A DNA stretch of 64,000 bases, from NCBI GenBank assembly GCA_951406725.2, contig OX597837.1, forward strand, positions 2,604,001-2,668,000, written 5' to 3'. Position numbers and translations under genes: made by a program. A model generated the notes under the pieces. That model ran no database searches. It was not told the DNA's origin and saw nothing but the letters and a program-made list of their open reading frames with translations. Numbering within the stretch: the stretch's first letter is position 1; each line of letters begins with the position of its first letter. Positions 1 through 13,719 of the stretch are shown piece after piece. This DNA comes from Octopus vulgaris. Lineage: Eukaryota.

Positions 1-5
1 TGCAT

Positions 6-57
<52 letters not shown>

Positions 58-629
58 ACTATGAATGTGTGTGTGTCTGTGTGATGTTTGGACCATATGA
101 ATGCATTACTATATAAAAATACTTTTAAATACAGGTAGAGAGATAAACAGAAAGTCATACATACATACATACGAACGTACGTACATACATACGAACGTAC
201 GTACCTGCTCTCGCAGATAGACTGGATTGCTTACAGTTCTTGTGGGGGCGGCAGCTACGTTATGTTCCTATTGTTTTCTGTCCTTTTTTATTGTTTTAAT
301 TTCTTTATTTTTCTTAAATAATGCAAAAAAATACTAAGTTGCTTCACCATTTCCCTTCATTGAAATACTTGTTTAAGGAGTAACAACAACAACAACAATA
401 CTAACAAGAGGAACTGCAGTTACTCTGAAGACAACAGCAAGAGCAGCAGCAGCAGCAGCAGTGATAACAACAACAACAACCACTGTAATAACAACAGATT
501 AGTTTATACTGATCATGAATCAGTGAAAAAAACAATACATGCGCGTGCGCATCACGTCCCTATTAACAATAGCAGCAGCAGCAGCAGCAATAACAGCGTT
601 ACTCTTTGTGCACTCTATATTTTAATCAA

Positions 630-820
630 CAGGTAAGCTGCTTGCTTCCCAACCACACGATTCCAGGTTCAGTCCCACTGCGTGGCACCTTGGGCAAGTG
701 TTTTTTACTATAGCCGCGATGGCCTTGGGAATGGATTTCGTAGACGGAAACTGAAAAGAAGCCCGTCGTATATGTGTTTGTGTGTATGTGTTAATAGATA
801 GATAAATAGACAGACAGACT

Positions 821-919
<99 letters not shown>

Positions 920-1160
920 GTACGGGTGTGTGTGTGTGTCTGTGTTTGTCCCCCCCCATTAACTCTCAACAACCGGTGTTAATGTGTTTACGTCCCCTTA
1001 ACTGTTTCTGTAAAAGAGACCGAGAGAATAAGTACCAGGCTTTAAAAAGAAATAAATAAATAAAAGTAGTTGAGTCGATTCATTCGATTAAAATTCTTCG
1101 AGGCGTTGCACCAGCATGGCCACAATCTAATGACTGAAACAAGTAAAAGTAAAGAAAAAA
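630..1160 (+). mobile_element. tRNA-derived CORE-type SINE (family A), with internal (GACA/GATA)n expansion
   Basis: B-box GGTTCAGTCCC, CORE-like GGCACCTTGGGCAAGTG, then GGAAACTGAAAAGAAGCCCGTCG. Tail ends CCAGCATGGCC..GACTGAAACAAGTAAAAG. The same head or tail recurs at 45899, 48386 and 55822. Confidence 0.8.
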
Positions 1161-1206
1161 AGATAAAACGCATCATCATCAAGAACGGCAAAGGTGATGC
1201 CTCTAC

Positions 1207-1242
<36 letters not shown>

Positions 1243-1466
1243 TCAGCAACAACAGCAGGAGCAACAACAACAACAACAGCAACAACAACCGTAAGATCGC
1301 TAATAAATGGAGTTTCTCTGAAACGCCGCAAGGTTTGTTGCTGGTCTAATTGTTCTTTACGTACACCTAAGTTGTTGTTGTTGTTGTTACAGAGGGAGAG
1401 TCAGTAATACTTGTTATACTACTGTTTATAGTAGTAGTAGTAGTAGTAGTGGTAGTGGTGGTGGTG

Positions 1467-1498
<32 letters not shown>

Positions 1499-1906
1499 GG
1501 TAGTAGTGGTGGTAGTGGTGGTGGTGGTGGTGGTAGTATTAGTGGTAGTGGTGGTGGTGGTGGTGGTGGTGGTGGTAGTAGTAGTAGTAGTGGTGGTGGT
1601 GGTGGTGGTGGTGGTAGTAGTAGTAGTAGTAATTTATTTATTTATTTTATTATCTGAATCTTTGGCTGGTTTGAGGCAAATTTCGAATTTAACGGGTTTT
1701 TCTTTTTTTTTTTTATCTTGTAAAAAAAAAAGAAAAAAAACGTTTTTTGTGCTCGTCGTTTTTCTTCTTTTTTTTTATAATTCGCACCCATTATGGCAAA
1801 TAAAGAAAATTATCAGCATTATCATCACCAGCATCAACATCATCAGCTTCATCATCATCCTCATCATCATCATCGCCAGTACCACCCCCTTCATCATCAT
1901 CTTGCA

Positions 1907-1940
<34 letters not shown>

Positions 1941-2023
1941 GATATCATCATCACAGTCCTTTGTCTTAGAATCGCCGCAAATGTTTTTCACAGCCCTTGT
2001 GACAAATAATGACAGTAGTAGTA

Positions 2024-2079
<56 letters not shown>

Positions 2080-2272
2080 TGGAGGAGGAGCAGCAGCTGG
2101 AGGAGGAGGAGGGTGACGAGTTGGCAGAATCGTTAGCACGCCGAACGTAATACTTTGCAGCGTTTCGTCCGTCTTTGCTTTTTGAGTTCGAATTCCACCG
2201 CTTTGAAGCCATTATTGCTGTTGTCATTGTTGTTCAGGTTGTTGCTTTTGTTATTAAGGTTTTTGTTGTTGC

Positions 2273-2351
<79 letters not shown>

Positions 2352-2364
2352 GAAGGTGGAGGAG

Positions 2365-2605
2365 GAATATTTATTTCTTTATTGTTCACAAGGGGCCAAA
2401 CAGAGAGGGGACAAACAATGAGAAACAAAGGTTTTAAGTCGATTATATCGACCCCAGTGCGTAACTGATACTTAATTTATCGACTCCGAAAAGAGAAAAG
2501 ACAAAGTCGACTTCGGTGGAGTGTGAACTGAGAACGTAACTGCAGACGAAATACTGCTAAGTATTTCGCCCGGCGTGCTAACCATTCTGCCAGTTCGCCG
2601 CCCTA
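2365..2605 (-). mobile_element. tRNA-derived SINE family B (GCCTTTCATCCTTTCGGGGTCGATAAA central domain)
   Basis: Reverse complement reads GGCGGCGAACTGGCAGAATGGTTAGCACGCCGGGCGAAA... through a 3' AAAGAAATA tail. Ten or more related copies are present in the window. Confidence 0.8.
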
Positions 2606-2845
2606 TAACAAAGAAATATTAACAACAAAGAAATCACGGATTAGATTTTGACTTCACAAGAAGAAAGAAACCAGCAACACCAAACGACATAACAGGAGGC
2701 GAACAACAACAACAACAAGAAACAAGAAGCAACCCAGAATACGGAGGACGCGAAGACCAATAAAAAGAGGAAAAGCTATAACAATAAAGAAACAATGCAT
2801 GGCGAAACAACGAGAATAACAAGAATACTGACACGCCATCCGTGA

Positions 2846-3160
2846 CAACGATGACGACGTAGGTCCCAGTCGATTCGATCGACGGAACAGCCTGTTTGTG
2901 AAATTAGCGTGCAAGTGGCTGAGCACTCCACGGACACGTGTACCTTTAATGTAGTTCTCAGGGAGATTCAATGTGACACAGAGTGTTACAAGGCCGGCCC
3001 TTTTGAAATGCGGGACAACTCATTTTTGCCAGCTGAGTGGACTGGAGCAACGTGAAATAAAGAGTTTTGCTCAAGGACAATACGCTATCGGGAATCGAAC
3101 TCGCGATCTGACTATTGTAAGAAAAATACCCTAACCTCTAGACTATGTGCCTTCACTAAT
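2846..3160 (-). mobile_element. tRNA-derived SINE family C
   Basis: Minus strand has B-box GAGTTCGATTCCCG, TGTCCTTGAGCAAAAC, and the tail GTGGAGTGCTCAGCCACTTGCACG...GTCGTCATCGTTG shared with 30024-30370 and 49025-49210. Confidence 0.75.
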
Positions 3161-3594
3161 ATAAGAATAGTAACGGAATGGTACCGGAACGTGAGACACC
3201 ATTTCAAAAAAACCATCAGGATTTTAATGGCGGCTTTTCGACCGGTGAATTCTATGAATTTTGTAAGTTTCTGATAGCATCTGGCCTCGTTCTGGCCATG
3301 AGAGTCATTTTGCTAATGTCCAATCAATTATTTAGAGAGTGTGATCAATACTGTCGTTTTTGATTATGTCAGTTTCGTTGGGCGATTAGGTGCCGTGTGT
3401 AGTAAGGTTCACCGAACCTTTTGCGATGTTGCGACATTCTTGATCTGAAGAGAGACACTCGTTAGCCGAGTTAGCAGCGTGGAGTAGAAACGGACAGTTC
3501 TGGCATCGAAACGTCAGATCGCCTTTAACGATATTGAATCAGACTGATGGACACGCGCGCGTGCACATATATACATATATATATGTATATATAT

Positions 3595-3840
<246 letters not shown>

Positions 3841-3959
3841 TATATATTATATATATATATAAATATATATAGTTACTTATATATATATGTATATATGTAT
3901 GCATATATATATGTACATAAATATACATATATATAGACATATATATGTGTGTGTATATA

Positions 3960-4007
<48 letters not shown>

Positions 4008-4168
4008 TAGGTGTGTGTATACATATATGTATTAGTACATCTCTACTTATCCACCTAACAATCAGTTTACCTATCTCTGTGTGTGCGCGCGCGCACATAC
4101 ATGCATATATATTTATGTGAATATCAATACACACACACACATACACACATATATATATGTATAAATAT

Positions 4169-4204
<36 letters not shown>

Positions 4205-4441
4205 AGAGAGACAGAGTGGGCAGACGGACAGGCAGATTATCTAAAACCAAGATTAACTTAAATGCTTAAATGCTTCACAATCTTATGATGGGTTAACTGA
4301 CCAAAACTTCGAGGTCACTATCAATACTATCCTTGTTAAAAAATAATAAATTTGTGCTTTACTAAAATATAGTGTGATCTTTTTCTTATTAATGAAAAAT
4401 TGATATCATTGTAACTGAACATAAAAATACACATATACATA

Positions 4442-4479
<38 letters not shown>

Positions 4480-4844
4480 CCTGTGGGTTGCTCAGCCACT
4501 TGCACATTAGTTTCACGAGCATGCTATTCTGTTGATTGTATCGGCTGGGACCCTCGTCGTCGTAACCAACGAGAGTTATATTGAGACCGCGTAGACAACT
4601 GTAATGAATGGAATGGAGAAAGTTCAAATCAGGTGAACCACAATGAACAGGTACGTAAAGGGATTTAATTAAGATAAAAATTGTCCAAACATCGTATGTT
4701 GGTATATTAAAGATACATATTAAAATATAAAATATATATGGATATTAAAAATACATATTGACATATAAATATATGAATATACAAAAATAATATTAATATA
4801 ATGAAGTGTAGGCTTGTAGATAAAAACGTTTTTAAAAAATAAAT

Positions 4845-4937
<93 letters not shown>

Positions 4938-5000
4938 GGAGTGAAGATAAAATAATAGGTATCAAAAAGAATATTTTAGGTTACATATTAAGAGAAAAAG

Positions 5001-5148
5001 TTCCTACGGCCGTTTCAAGGGTTCAATCCTCCGAGTAAAAAATGAATTTTAAAATTTATTTACAGAGAACGTCTCTTTCATCTGGGAAAAGGTGATGTTT
5101 ACAGTAGAAACTCATTTAGTTCATTTTTACTCGGAGTATTGAACCCCT
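5001..5148 (-). mobile_element. Degenerate hammerhead-containing inverted-repeat element remnant
   Basis: Minus strand reads ttcc-CAGATGA-aagag...ccctt-GAAA-cggccg-TA-ggaa, with one core mismatch (CUGA>CAGA). An inverted repeat pairs 5019-5047 with 5121-5148. Confidence 0.45.
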
Positions 5149-5766
5149 GGGCACTCTATTCCAATTTCCTTTATTTTCCTCTTGATGTTTTCTGATACTG
5201 TTCCCTAGGACCCAACAATAATTGACACTATCTTCACCTTCTTCATTTCGTACTTAAGAGGGTTGTTGTTTTGTTGGAGCTCCTGGAGTCTTGCATGCGC
5301 AGCGAGCTTACTACATACAGTCTATGGTACCATGCTATTCGCTTTTTTCAGCTATCTAATACATTCCTGATTATTCTGGCCGTGCCAAGAAGGCAAACCT
5401 TTCGTAACAGTTCTACTGGGCACTCTATTCCAGTTTCCTTTCTATTCCTCTTGATGCCTTCTGATAATTGCCACTATCTTCACCTTCAATTTCTATAGCC
5501 GGTCTATTTCGTACTTAATCTATCTTTTCGTATCTATTTCGTACTTAATCTATCGTATTTATCTATCTTTTCAAATTCCTTCTTGACTATTCGTGGGTCA
5601 AAGAGGCAAACAACATAAACATATAGCGTATGTGGTGCACCTTGTCCACCACCACAAGTCCGGTCTGTTATGCTCTAGCATCTGATCTGTTTGGATTAGG
5701 AAATCCCAGAGGATTTTGCTAGTCTCTGATTCCGCAGCTCTCTGCGGTTTGTGTTCATACCACGTC
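5147..5766 (-). pseudogene. Rearranged C-terminal RLE endonuclease fragments of an R4/Dong-type LINE
   Basis: Minus-strand peptides WYEHKPQRAAESETSKILWDFLIQTDQMLEHNRPDL, ETGIECPVELLRKVCLLGTARIIRNVLDS* and KVKIVSIIVG..LGTVSENIKRKIKEIGIECP resemble the C-terminus of the 6075-7625 ORF. Confidence 0.75.
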
Positions 5767-5781
5767 ACCACGTCATCATCA

Positions 5782-5845
<64 letters not shown>

Positions 5846-5898
5846 CATCATCATCATCATCATCATCATCATTATTATTATTATTATTATTATTATTA

Positions 5899-7918
5899 CT
5901 TTTTTTTTTCTTCTTTCAAATTTTATTCCATTTCTTGCCGAGTGTCTTCCCGACTCCTAGGGCAAAGAAACTCATAGTGTATATTGGTAGGCCATTAAAC
6001 CAAACTCAGTAGTTCGTTCATTTTTTTTTTTTTTTTTTTAAAGTTAAATTAAAATACATGAGCAGCAACAGTTCTCACATCGACAATGCTCTTCTCAATA
6101 CGTGTGATGTACCAGTTAAGACAATCTTTTGCACTTCTTGCAGGGATGGTAAGCCAGGGATCATTCTCATATAATTTTCGGTTCCCTTCTTGATCATTCC
6201 TAGTGCTCCTACGATCACTGGTATTGTAACCGCCTTGAGATGCCACATTTTCTCAATTTCAATGAGTAGGTCTTTATATTTTCTGAGCTTGTCAAACTCT
6301 TTCGCTGAGATATTATGATCACAGGGGATACTCATGTCGATCAATAAGCAAACTTTATTGTTTTGGTCTTTCACAACAATATCTGGTTTATTGGCCTTGA
6401 TGGTTCGGTCTGTATGTACTGGAAAGTCCCACAGAATGGTTACATTTTCTCCTTCAGTTACAGCCTCAGGGTGGTGATTATACCACTTGTCGGCAGTTTT
6501 GATATTGTAATGCCGACTTATTAGCCAGTGGAGATATTGGCCAACTCTGTCATGTCTTAATTTATACTCCACTGATGCTAAGACTTTACATCCAGAGATT
6601 AGGTGGTCCACTGTTTCAATCATGTCGTTGCAGAATCGGCATTTTGGGTCTGCTCCATTTTTCATCACATTGGCCTGGTAGTTCCGGGTTAATAGGCTTT
6701 GATCTTGAGCAGCCAGGATGAAACCTTCGCTCTCTGCTTTTAGCCCTGAGCTCCGTAGCCACTGATGGGTTTGCTTCTGGTCAACATCAGCTTGTTTGCT
6801 GCGGGTCACATATTTGCCGTGCAGAGGTTTCTCCTCCCACCTATCAGCCAATTGCTCGTGCGCTTTTTTCATTGCCATCATTTTCACCTTCTTTGCAACA
6901 ATAGTTGCCGTACTTCCCTCGGGTTGTTCAGTTTGGGTATCCTGCACGAGATCAATAGCAAATCTTTTGCTTTCCTTGATGATAGAATGAAGCTTCTTTC
7001 GTCTCTCGTGATTTTCCACGAGCTTTAGCATCCAGCCATTCGATATTTCGAGATATTTGGCCAGTCCAATTGTGGTTGTTTTGTAAGCTAGTTCAAATTG
7101 GATCAGGCCTCGATCTCCTTGGGCTCTGGGAAGGTAAAGGCGATCTACGTCTGCCTTTGGGTGGTGCATCCTATTACAACTCAGCAGCTTGCGTATTTTT
7201 CTATCTATATTCTTTACTTCACTCATATTCCAGTTCAACACATTGTAGCTATAAGTAACAACTGGAACTGCTAAGGAATTTATAGCTAACACCTTGTTAC
7301 GTGCATTTAGTTCAGATTTCAGGACTGCACGAACTCTCCTATAACATTCCTTCCTGATTTTCTCTTTCATGCTTGCATGCTGAATACCAGAGCCTTCATT
7401 TATCCCTAAATATTTGTATGTTTGTTCTTGCTCAAGCTCTCTTATGACTGTGTCAACATCTAACACGACTGAATTTGTGGTCTTCACTTTCCCTTTCTGG
7501 AAAGTGGCCTTGGCACACTTCTCAAGTCCAAACTCCATCCCGATGTCATCGCTGAATGCTTTCACGGTGCGCAATAGGCCTTCAAGTTCATTATTGTCTT
7601 TACCATAAAGTTTTAAGTCATCCATATAAAATAGATGGCTTATTTTTTTATTGGCAATTTTATACCCATACCCTGTTCTGTTTAATTCACTTGTAAGGGG
7701 TATTAGGGCTATGCAGAATATTAAAGGTGAAAGTGAGTCACTTTCCAGTACATACAGACCGAACCATCAAGGCCAATAAACCAGCGAAAGTGAGTCACAG
7801 TTGATGTTTATATTTTCTGAGGCAAGTACTCCATTAGAGTGGTATAATTGGAGATTCGTATTCTACAACGACATATTGTGCTTCAGGAAGTTTGAAATCA
7901 CAGGGGAAATTTTGAATA
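5899..7918 (-). mobile_element. 5'-truncated R4/Dong-clade non-LTR retrotransposon flanked by (ATT)n on both sides
   Basis: RT frame continues upstream of the ORF (IFKISPVISNFLKHNMSL*...DSLSPLIFCIAL..HLFYMDD). The 3' UTR (6074-5899) carries AATAAA and runs into (TAA)n. Confidence 0.9.
6075..7625 (-). CDS. Retrotransposon ORF: RT C-terminal part, CCHC zinc knuckle and restriction-like (PD-D/E-K) endonuclease; partial
   Basis: 516 aa open frame with (Y)MDDLKLY, YKYLG, CRFC-x8-HLISGC, RHD, NKPDIVV..IDMSIP..KLRKYKDL and PVIVGALG, diagnostic of RLE-type LINEs. Confidence 0.9.
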   Translation of the reverse strand: MDDLKLYGKDNNELEGLLRTVKAFSDDIGMEFGLEKCAKATFQKGKVKTTNSVVLDVDTVIRELEQEQTYKYLGINEGSGIQHASMKEKIRKECYRRVRAVLKSELNARNKVLAINSLAVPVVTYSYNVLNWNMSEVKNIDRKIRKLLSCNRMHHPKADVDRLYLPRAQGDRGLIQFELAYKTTTIGLAKYLEISNGWMLKLVENHERRKKLHSIIKESKRFAIDLVQDTQTEQPEGSTATIVAKKVKMMAMKKAHEQLADRWEEKPLHGKYVTRSKQADVDQKQTHQWLRSSGLKAESEGFILAAQDQSLLTRNYQANVMKNGADPKCRFCNDMIETVDHLISGCKVLASVEYKLRHDRVGQYLHWLISRHYNIKTADKWYNHHPEAVTEGENVTILWDFPVHTDRTIKANKPDIVVKDQNNKVCLLIDMSIPCDHNISAKEFDKLRKYKDLLIEIEKMWHLKAVTIPVIVGALGMIKKGTENYMRMIPGLPSLQEVQKIVLTGTSHVLRRALSM

Positions 7919-7928
7919 TTATTATTAA

Positions 7929-7991
<63 letters not shown>

Positions 7992-8000
7992 GATTATTAC

Positions 8001-8161
<161 letters not shown>

Positions 8162-8174
8162 TATTATTATTATT

Positions 8175-8585
8175 ATCGCTAGCAGAATTGTTATCACGCT
8201 AAGCCAAATGCGTTTATTGTTCTTCTGTGTTCAAATTCCGCCGAGGTCGACTTGGCCTTTCACCCTTTCGGGGTCGATAAAATAAATACCAGCTGAACAC
8301 TGGGGTCGATGTAATCGACTGATCCACTTCCCCCACGATTGCTGGCTTCCAGCCAAACTTGAAACCATTAATTATTAAAGCGGCGAGACGGCAGAATCGT
8401 TAGCACACCGGGCGATATGCTTAGCGGCATTCGTCTGTCCTTACGTTTTTAGTTCAAATTCCACCGATGTCGACTTTGCCTTTCATCCTTTAGGAGTCGA
8501 TAAAATAAGTACCAGTTGACCACTGAGGTCGTTGAACACTGAGGCTCCTCCCCATGAATTTTCAGGCCTTGAGCCTATAGAAGAA

Positions 8586-8590
<5 letters not shown>
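8175..8590 (+). mobile_element. Two tandem family B SINE copies
   Basis: Both contain GTTCAAATTCC..GTCGACTT.GCCTTTCA.CCTTT.GG.GTCGATAAAATAA.TACCAG. Confidence 0.75.
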
Positions 8591-8648
<58 letters not shown>

Positions 8649-9123
8649 GAGTGAGAGAGCAGGTCATGCCATCAAAGTGACAGTGGGGTAAACTATACGA
8701 AGCCAAATATACCCATCATGACTACCCGTCTGATAAGGGTACACCAGGCACATGCATCACAACCATATGTGCGCGACATGGTGATCTCATATCAAGATAA
8801 ACAGCACATGACCTTGCAGGTGGGGCCCAGTTAGAATTTTCTTCAGGTTGAGTAGCCCATCCCGCTCAAAAGGTCCCTGAATAAGGGTTGTTTAAGGATG
8901 TTGAAAGAACCACCCATGTTTCCAGAGGTGAATTATTCAAACCCCAAAGAATCCCTCTCAACACATGGCTATGATGCTCCCCCACTACTTCTGCTTGTGA
9001 TCAGAGATGCACATATCGTCAGCCATTAAGGGACATGCTCAACTGGTTACGGTCAAACAACTGACATGCAAATCTGTGGTATTGAGCAGAATATTTGCTG
9101 TAGCCCAAAAGATGTAGCCCATC

Positions 9124-9126
<3 letters not shown>
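8649..9126 (-). mobile_element. Non-coding (TAA)n-anchored retroposon (SINE or LINE 3' UTR)
   Basis: High similarity to the reverse complement of 11815-12154. Same 3' end (CTCTCTC.CTC then (AAT)n) but different 5' ends, and (ATT)n on both flanks. Confidence 0.75.
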
Positions 9127-9186
<60 letters not shown>

Positions 9187-9929
9187 CTGCTTAGCAAAAA
9201 AAGAATAATAATAATAAAAAGGTGATTTTATTAATTGCTGTGTAAAGCATTAAAGTGACTAATGTATTGACCATATAAGGGCATGTCTTTATAGCTGTTC
9301 AATATAGCCATAAAACTGAACCTTTATTTTCTTTCTCTTCTTTTCCTCTCTTTCTCGACCATTTATTCATAGAGTTCTCGCTTTAAAATTTTAAATGTTA
9401 GAAATCTAACACAATTAAAATTCCTACGAGAGTTTAATTACCGCGTTAATTATTGATTTATTACCTTTTTCTTATCACAGTACTCATAGCAACATCGAGC
9501 AGACTTTTCATTCATCGGTGGTGGTCGTGGTGGAGCCGGCGGTGGTGTATCTGAAGTATAATGTGCAACAATGATAATCACTGTCATTTTATTTTAAATT
9601 GTTCAGCCTCACTTTTGAAGTTTCCTTCACACCTTTTTTCATTCATTGATCCTACGTTAGATGAATGGCGCCGGCCACCGCTGCTCAGTTAGACTCTGAA
9701 CTATCTCCTGGTTTCATTGCTTTTAGGTTTCCTGTTGTTGTTGTTGCTGTTGCTGTTGATTTTAATAAAATTATTTTTTTATGTTGATCTGTTCTGCGAC
9801 TTTGCAATACAACGATACAACAAATACAAAGATAGACACTATTACGGCTGGCGCTAAACAATATGGGAAAATAAAAACAAAGTGAAACAATAAAAGTGAC
9901 AACAGCGACAACAGCAACAATAATCCTTT

Positions 9930-10125
9930 GTGTTATAGGCATGAAATTTGGTGGAGTGGAGGCTTGTCTATGACATCGACCCCAGTACTTGACTGTTACT
10001 TATTTTTATCGACCCCGAAAGGATGAAAAGCAAAGATAACATCGGCGGAATTTGAACTCAGAATGTAAAGACGGACGAAACGCCGCTAAGTATTTTGCCC
10101 GGTTCTACCAGCTCACCACCTCGGC
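9930..10125 (-). mobile_element. Family B SINE
   Basis: TCGACCCCAGT..TTTATCGACCCCGAAAGGATGAAA..GGCGGAATTTGAACTCAGAA..GCTAAG. Confidence 0.75.
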
Positions 10126-10357
10126 AAAACACGAGCAAAACAAAAAATTGTTATCAGTATTTAAGGAAGCTGACAAATACAAACAGGAAATCATACCACC
10201 TAACAAATATGAAGAAGAAGAAGAAGAAGAAGAAGAAGAAGAAGAAGAAGAAGAAGAAGAAGAAGAAGAAGAAGAAGAAGAAGAAGAAGAAGAAGAAGAA
10301 GAAGAAGAAGAAGAAGAAGAAGAAGAAGAAGAAGAAGAAGAAGAAGAAGAAGAAGAA

Positions 10358-11622
10358 GACAGATATAGAACGACTTTACCTGCCAAGAAAAGAGGGTAGC
10401 CGTGGACTTTAACAACTGGAACTAACAATCAAGATTGCCACAATTGGCCTCTACACCTTACCTGAAAAACTCTGATGACTTGATGATAAAACTTGTCTTA
10501 AAGCACGAAAACAAGAAAGCATCATACTCAGTAACAAAATAGGCAAAGGAATATCTAAGTGAATTCCAAATACTACAAATCCCAGAATTAGATGTGCTGG
10601 AAACAAGCACAGAAAAAGCTAAGCGTATGAAAACCCTGCTAAAACTGCTGCCTTATATATTCTTACTGATAAATGGTAAGAAAAACCTCTCACTGGCAAA
10701 ACCCACAAAGAGAGCTAATAGTGCCGATGTTGACAAAGCCCTTACCTATCAATGGTTAGTGTCTTCTTGCTTAAAAGCAGAAACAGAAGGGTTTATCATA
10801 GTAGTCCAAGATCAATGCCTACCTACCAGAAGCTACCAGGTCAACATATTAAATAACGGCAGTATCCCAACATGTCGTGTATGTCAAGATCAAAATGAAA
10901 CCATTGATCATGTTGTCACCATGTGCAGTCTTCTTGCGCCTATAGAGTATCTCAACAAGCATGGTAGAGCAGAACAGTATATTCACCAGATAATTTGCAA
11001 AAACCTTGACCTGTCCTATGATAAAAATTGGTGGGAACACAAACCACCTCCAGTGCTTGAAAATGGTCACATCTCATTCCTCTGGAACTTCACCATTCAA
11101 ACTGACAGAAAGATAGATGCGAATAGGCCAGATATGAAAGACTTCAGACAAAAATCATGCCTCCTCATTGATATGACTGTCCCAATCGACATAAATGTAT
11201 CAGTCAAGTCCTACCAAAAACTGAGCAAGTGTAAAGATCTTGTAATAGTAATTGGCGAAATGTAGAACCTCAAGACTAAAACAATGCCTGTTGTCATAGG
11301 TACCCTAGGAATGATAACGAAAGGGGCTGATTGATACCTAGTTCAGATACCAGAAAACTCCAAAAAGGCAGAAATTCAAAAGATAGTGCTCATAGGAACT
11401 GCCCAAATCCTACATAAAATACTGTAATCTCAAATTTTAAAACAAACTTATAATTTTCTTGTTTTCTTAAACATTCACTAGAACAATACTATGTACAAAA
11501 CCAAATATATGGCAACCAACATAACACCAGCATGAACTTCTAACTTGTTGTCTCTTGAGGTCTCTGGGTGAGACTTGGAGTCAACTTGTACAAATACAAA
11601 GGAAAAGTCAAACATATGGTGA
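10358..11622 (+). mobile_element. Degraded 3' part of a second R4/Dong-type LINE family ending in (TAA)n
   Basis: DIERLYLPRKEG, LKAETEGFII..QDQCLPTR.YQ, CRVC-x8-HVVTMC, ANRPD..IDMTVP and MPVVIGTLG, with frameshifts and stops. The 3' UTR runs into (AAT)n at about 11625. Confidence 0.85.
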
Positions 11623-11624
11623 CG

Positions 11625-12236
<612 letters not shown>

Positions 12237-12249
12237 GTAATAATAGTTG

Positions 12250-12430
12250 CAAATTTTTCCACAAGGGCATTAATCTCGAGGAAGGCAGCGGGTCGGTTGA
12301 ATCGACCCCAATATACAACTAGTACTTATTTTATCGATCTCGAAAGGATGAAAGGCAAAGACAGCCTCGGCGGAATGTGAACTCAGAACGTAAAAACGAA
12401 CGAAATGCAGAATCGTTAGCACGCCACGCA
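12250..12430 (-). mobile_element. Family B SINE (partial)
   Basis: TTTATCGATCTCGAAAGGATGAAAGGCAAAG..CCTCGGCGGAATGTGAACTCAGAACG. Confidence 0.65.
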
Positions 12431-12434
12431 AAGT

Positions 12435-13428
12435 CAAGGTGCACTTTGAGCTAAGAAAGAATGGACCTCGTCTCAACCACATTCCCTTCATGGATGATTC
12501 AAAACTGTTCGCAAAAACAGAACCTGAAATGGAGAGGCTAGGTGAAACTGTGCAAATGTGCAGGCAATGGTATAGGGATGGAATTCGGTATCTCGAAGTG
12601 TGGGGTGCTTACTTTGAAGCGGGAAAAAGAGTATATAGTAGGGGCATAAAATTGCCAAACGGAGAGAAAATGGAATACCCGGATGATGATGGGTACAAGT
12701 ACCTTGGGATCCTGGAGCTGGACAATATCTTGCATAAAGAAATGAAAGACAAGGTCATCAGTGCATAGCGCCTTAAACTTCTCTTGATATCAAAACTCAA
12801 CTCAAGGAACCTTGTGACTTCCATCAACACATGAGCGGTTTCTGTAGTCCGCAATAGTGCATCCATCTTGAAATGGACACAAGCGGAGATTAACCAGCTC
12901 GATCACACTACCCGAAAGACAATGGCAATGTATGGTGCCCTCCACCGTAAAACAAATGTAAACATGCTCTAAATGAAGAGAGGTAAAGATGTACATGGGT
13001 TGATTAGCGTACGGGAGTGCAACAGTGAAAGAAGAAACATGGCAGAATATTTGGTAAACAGCAAACAAGACCTGCTATAGTATGCTGCTAATGCAAAAGG
13101 AGTTAACAAAAATGGACTTGAGAGTGCTCATGGATTCCGATCAAAAACAGTCAACGAGAGAGAAGAAACCGTAGTCTGCATGGAATTGCATGGTCAGTTC
13201 CATCGTGAAACCAACAATTTAAAAGACCAGGAAGCATCATGGAGAAACCAGGACTTACAAACACATATAACATACAGAAAATTGCACTACTAGGCACTGC
13301 ACACATCCTACGCAGAACACTTTCAATACAGTAACCATCAGAGCATCACAACAAACCACAGCACATACCCAAGGCACACAGAGCTGCGCTCGGTAGGGAA
13401 GTGAAAGCACGCTATGAAAATAAAACTA

Positions 13429-13431
<3 letters not shown>
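12435..13431 (+). mobile_element. Internally deleted or chimeric R4/Dong-type LINE ending in (TAA)n
   Basis: LNHIPFMDDSKLFAK, GYKYLGILE and MELHGQFHRE, then a jump to the C-terminus PGLTNTYNIQKIALLGTAHILRRTLSIQ*. The 3' UTR has AATAAA followed by (AAT)n. Confidence 0.8.
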
Positions 13432-13526
<95 letters not shown>

Positions 13527-13719
13527 TAATAATAATTTTGACAAAGGCCATCATTTTCGAGAGAAGGCGAGTAAGTCGATGACATCGATACCAGAGTTCA
13601 ACTGGTACTTTATTTTATCGACCTCGAGAGCACGAAATGCAAAGTCGACCTCGACATTTTTCCGACATTCTAATTATTCTGCCAGCTCTAATGTGTTATT
13701 GGCCACAAGTGCCTCAAAA

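Noticed and set aside
3437-3520. CTGAAGA...GAAACGTC hammerhead-like core
   Set aside because: Stem I pairs by only 1 bp in register and stem II by 2 bp. It may be a relic but cannot be supported.
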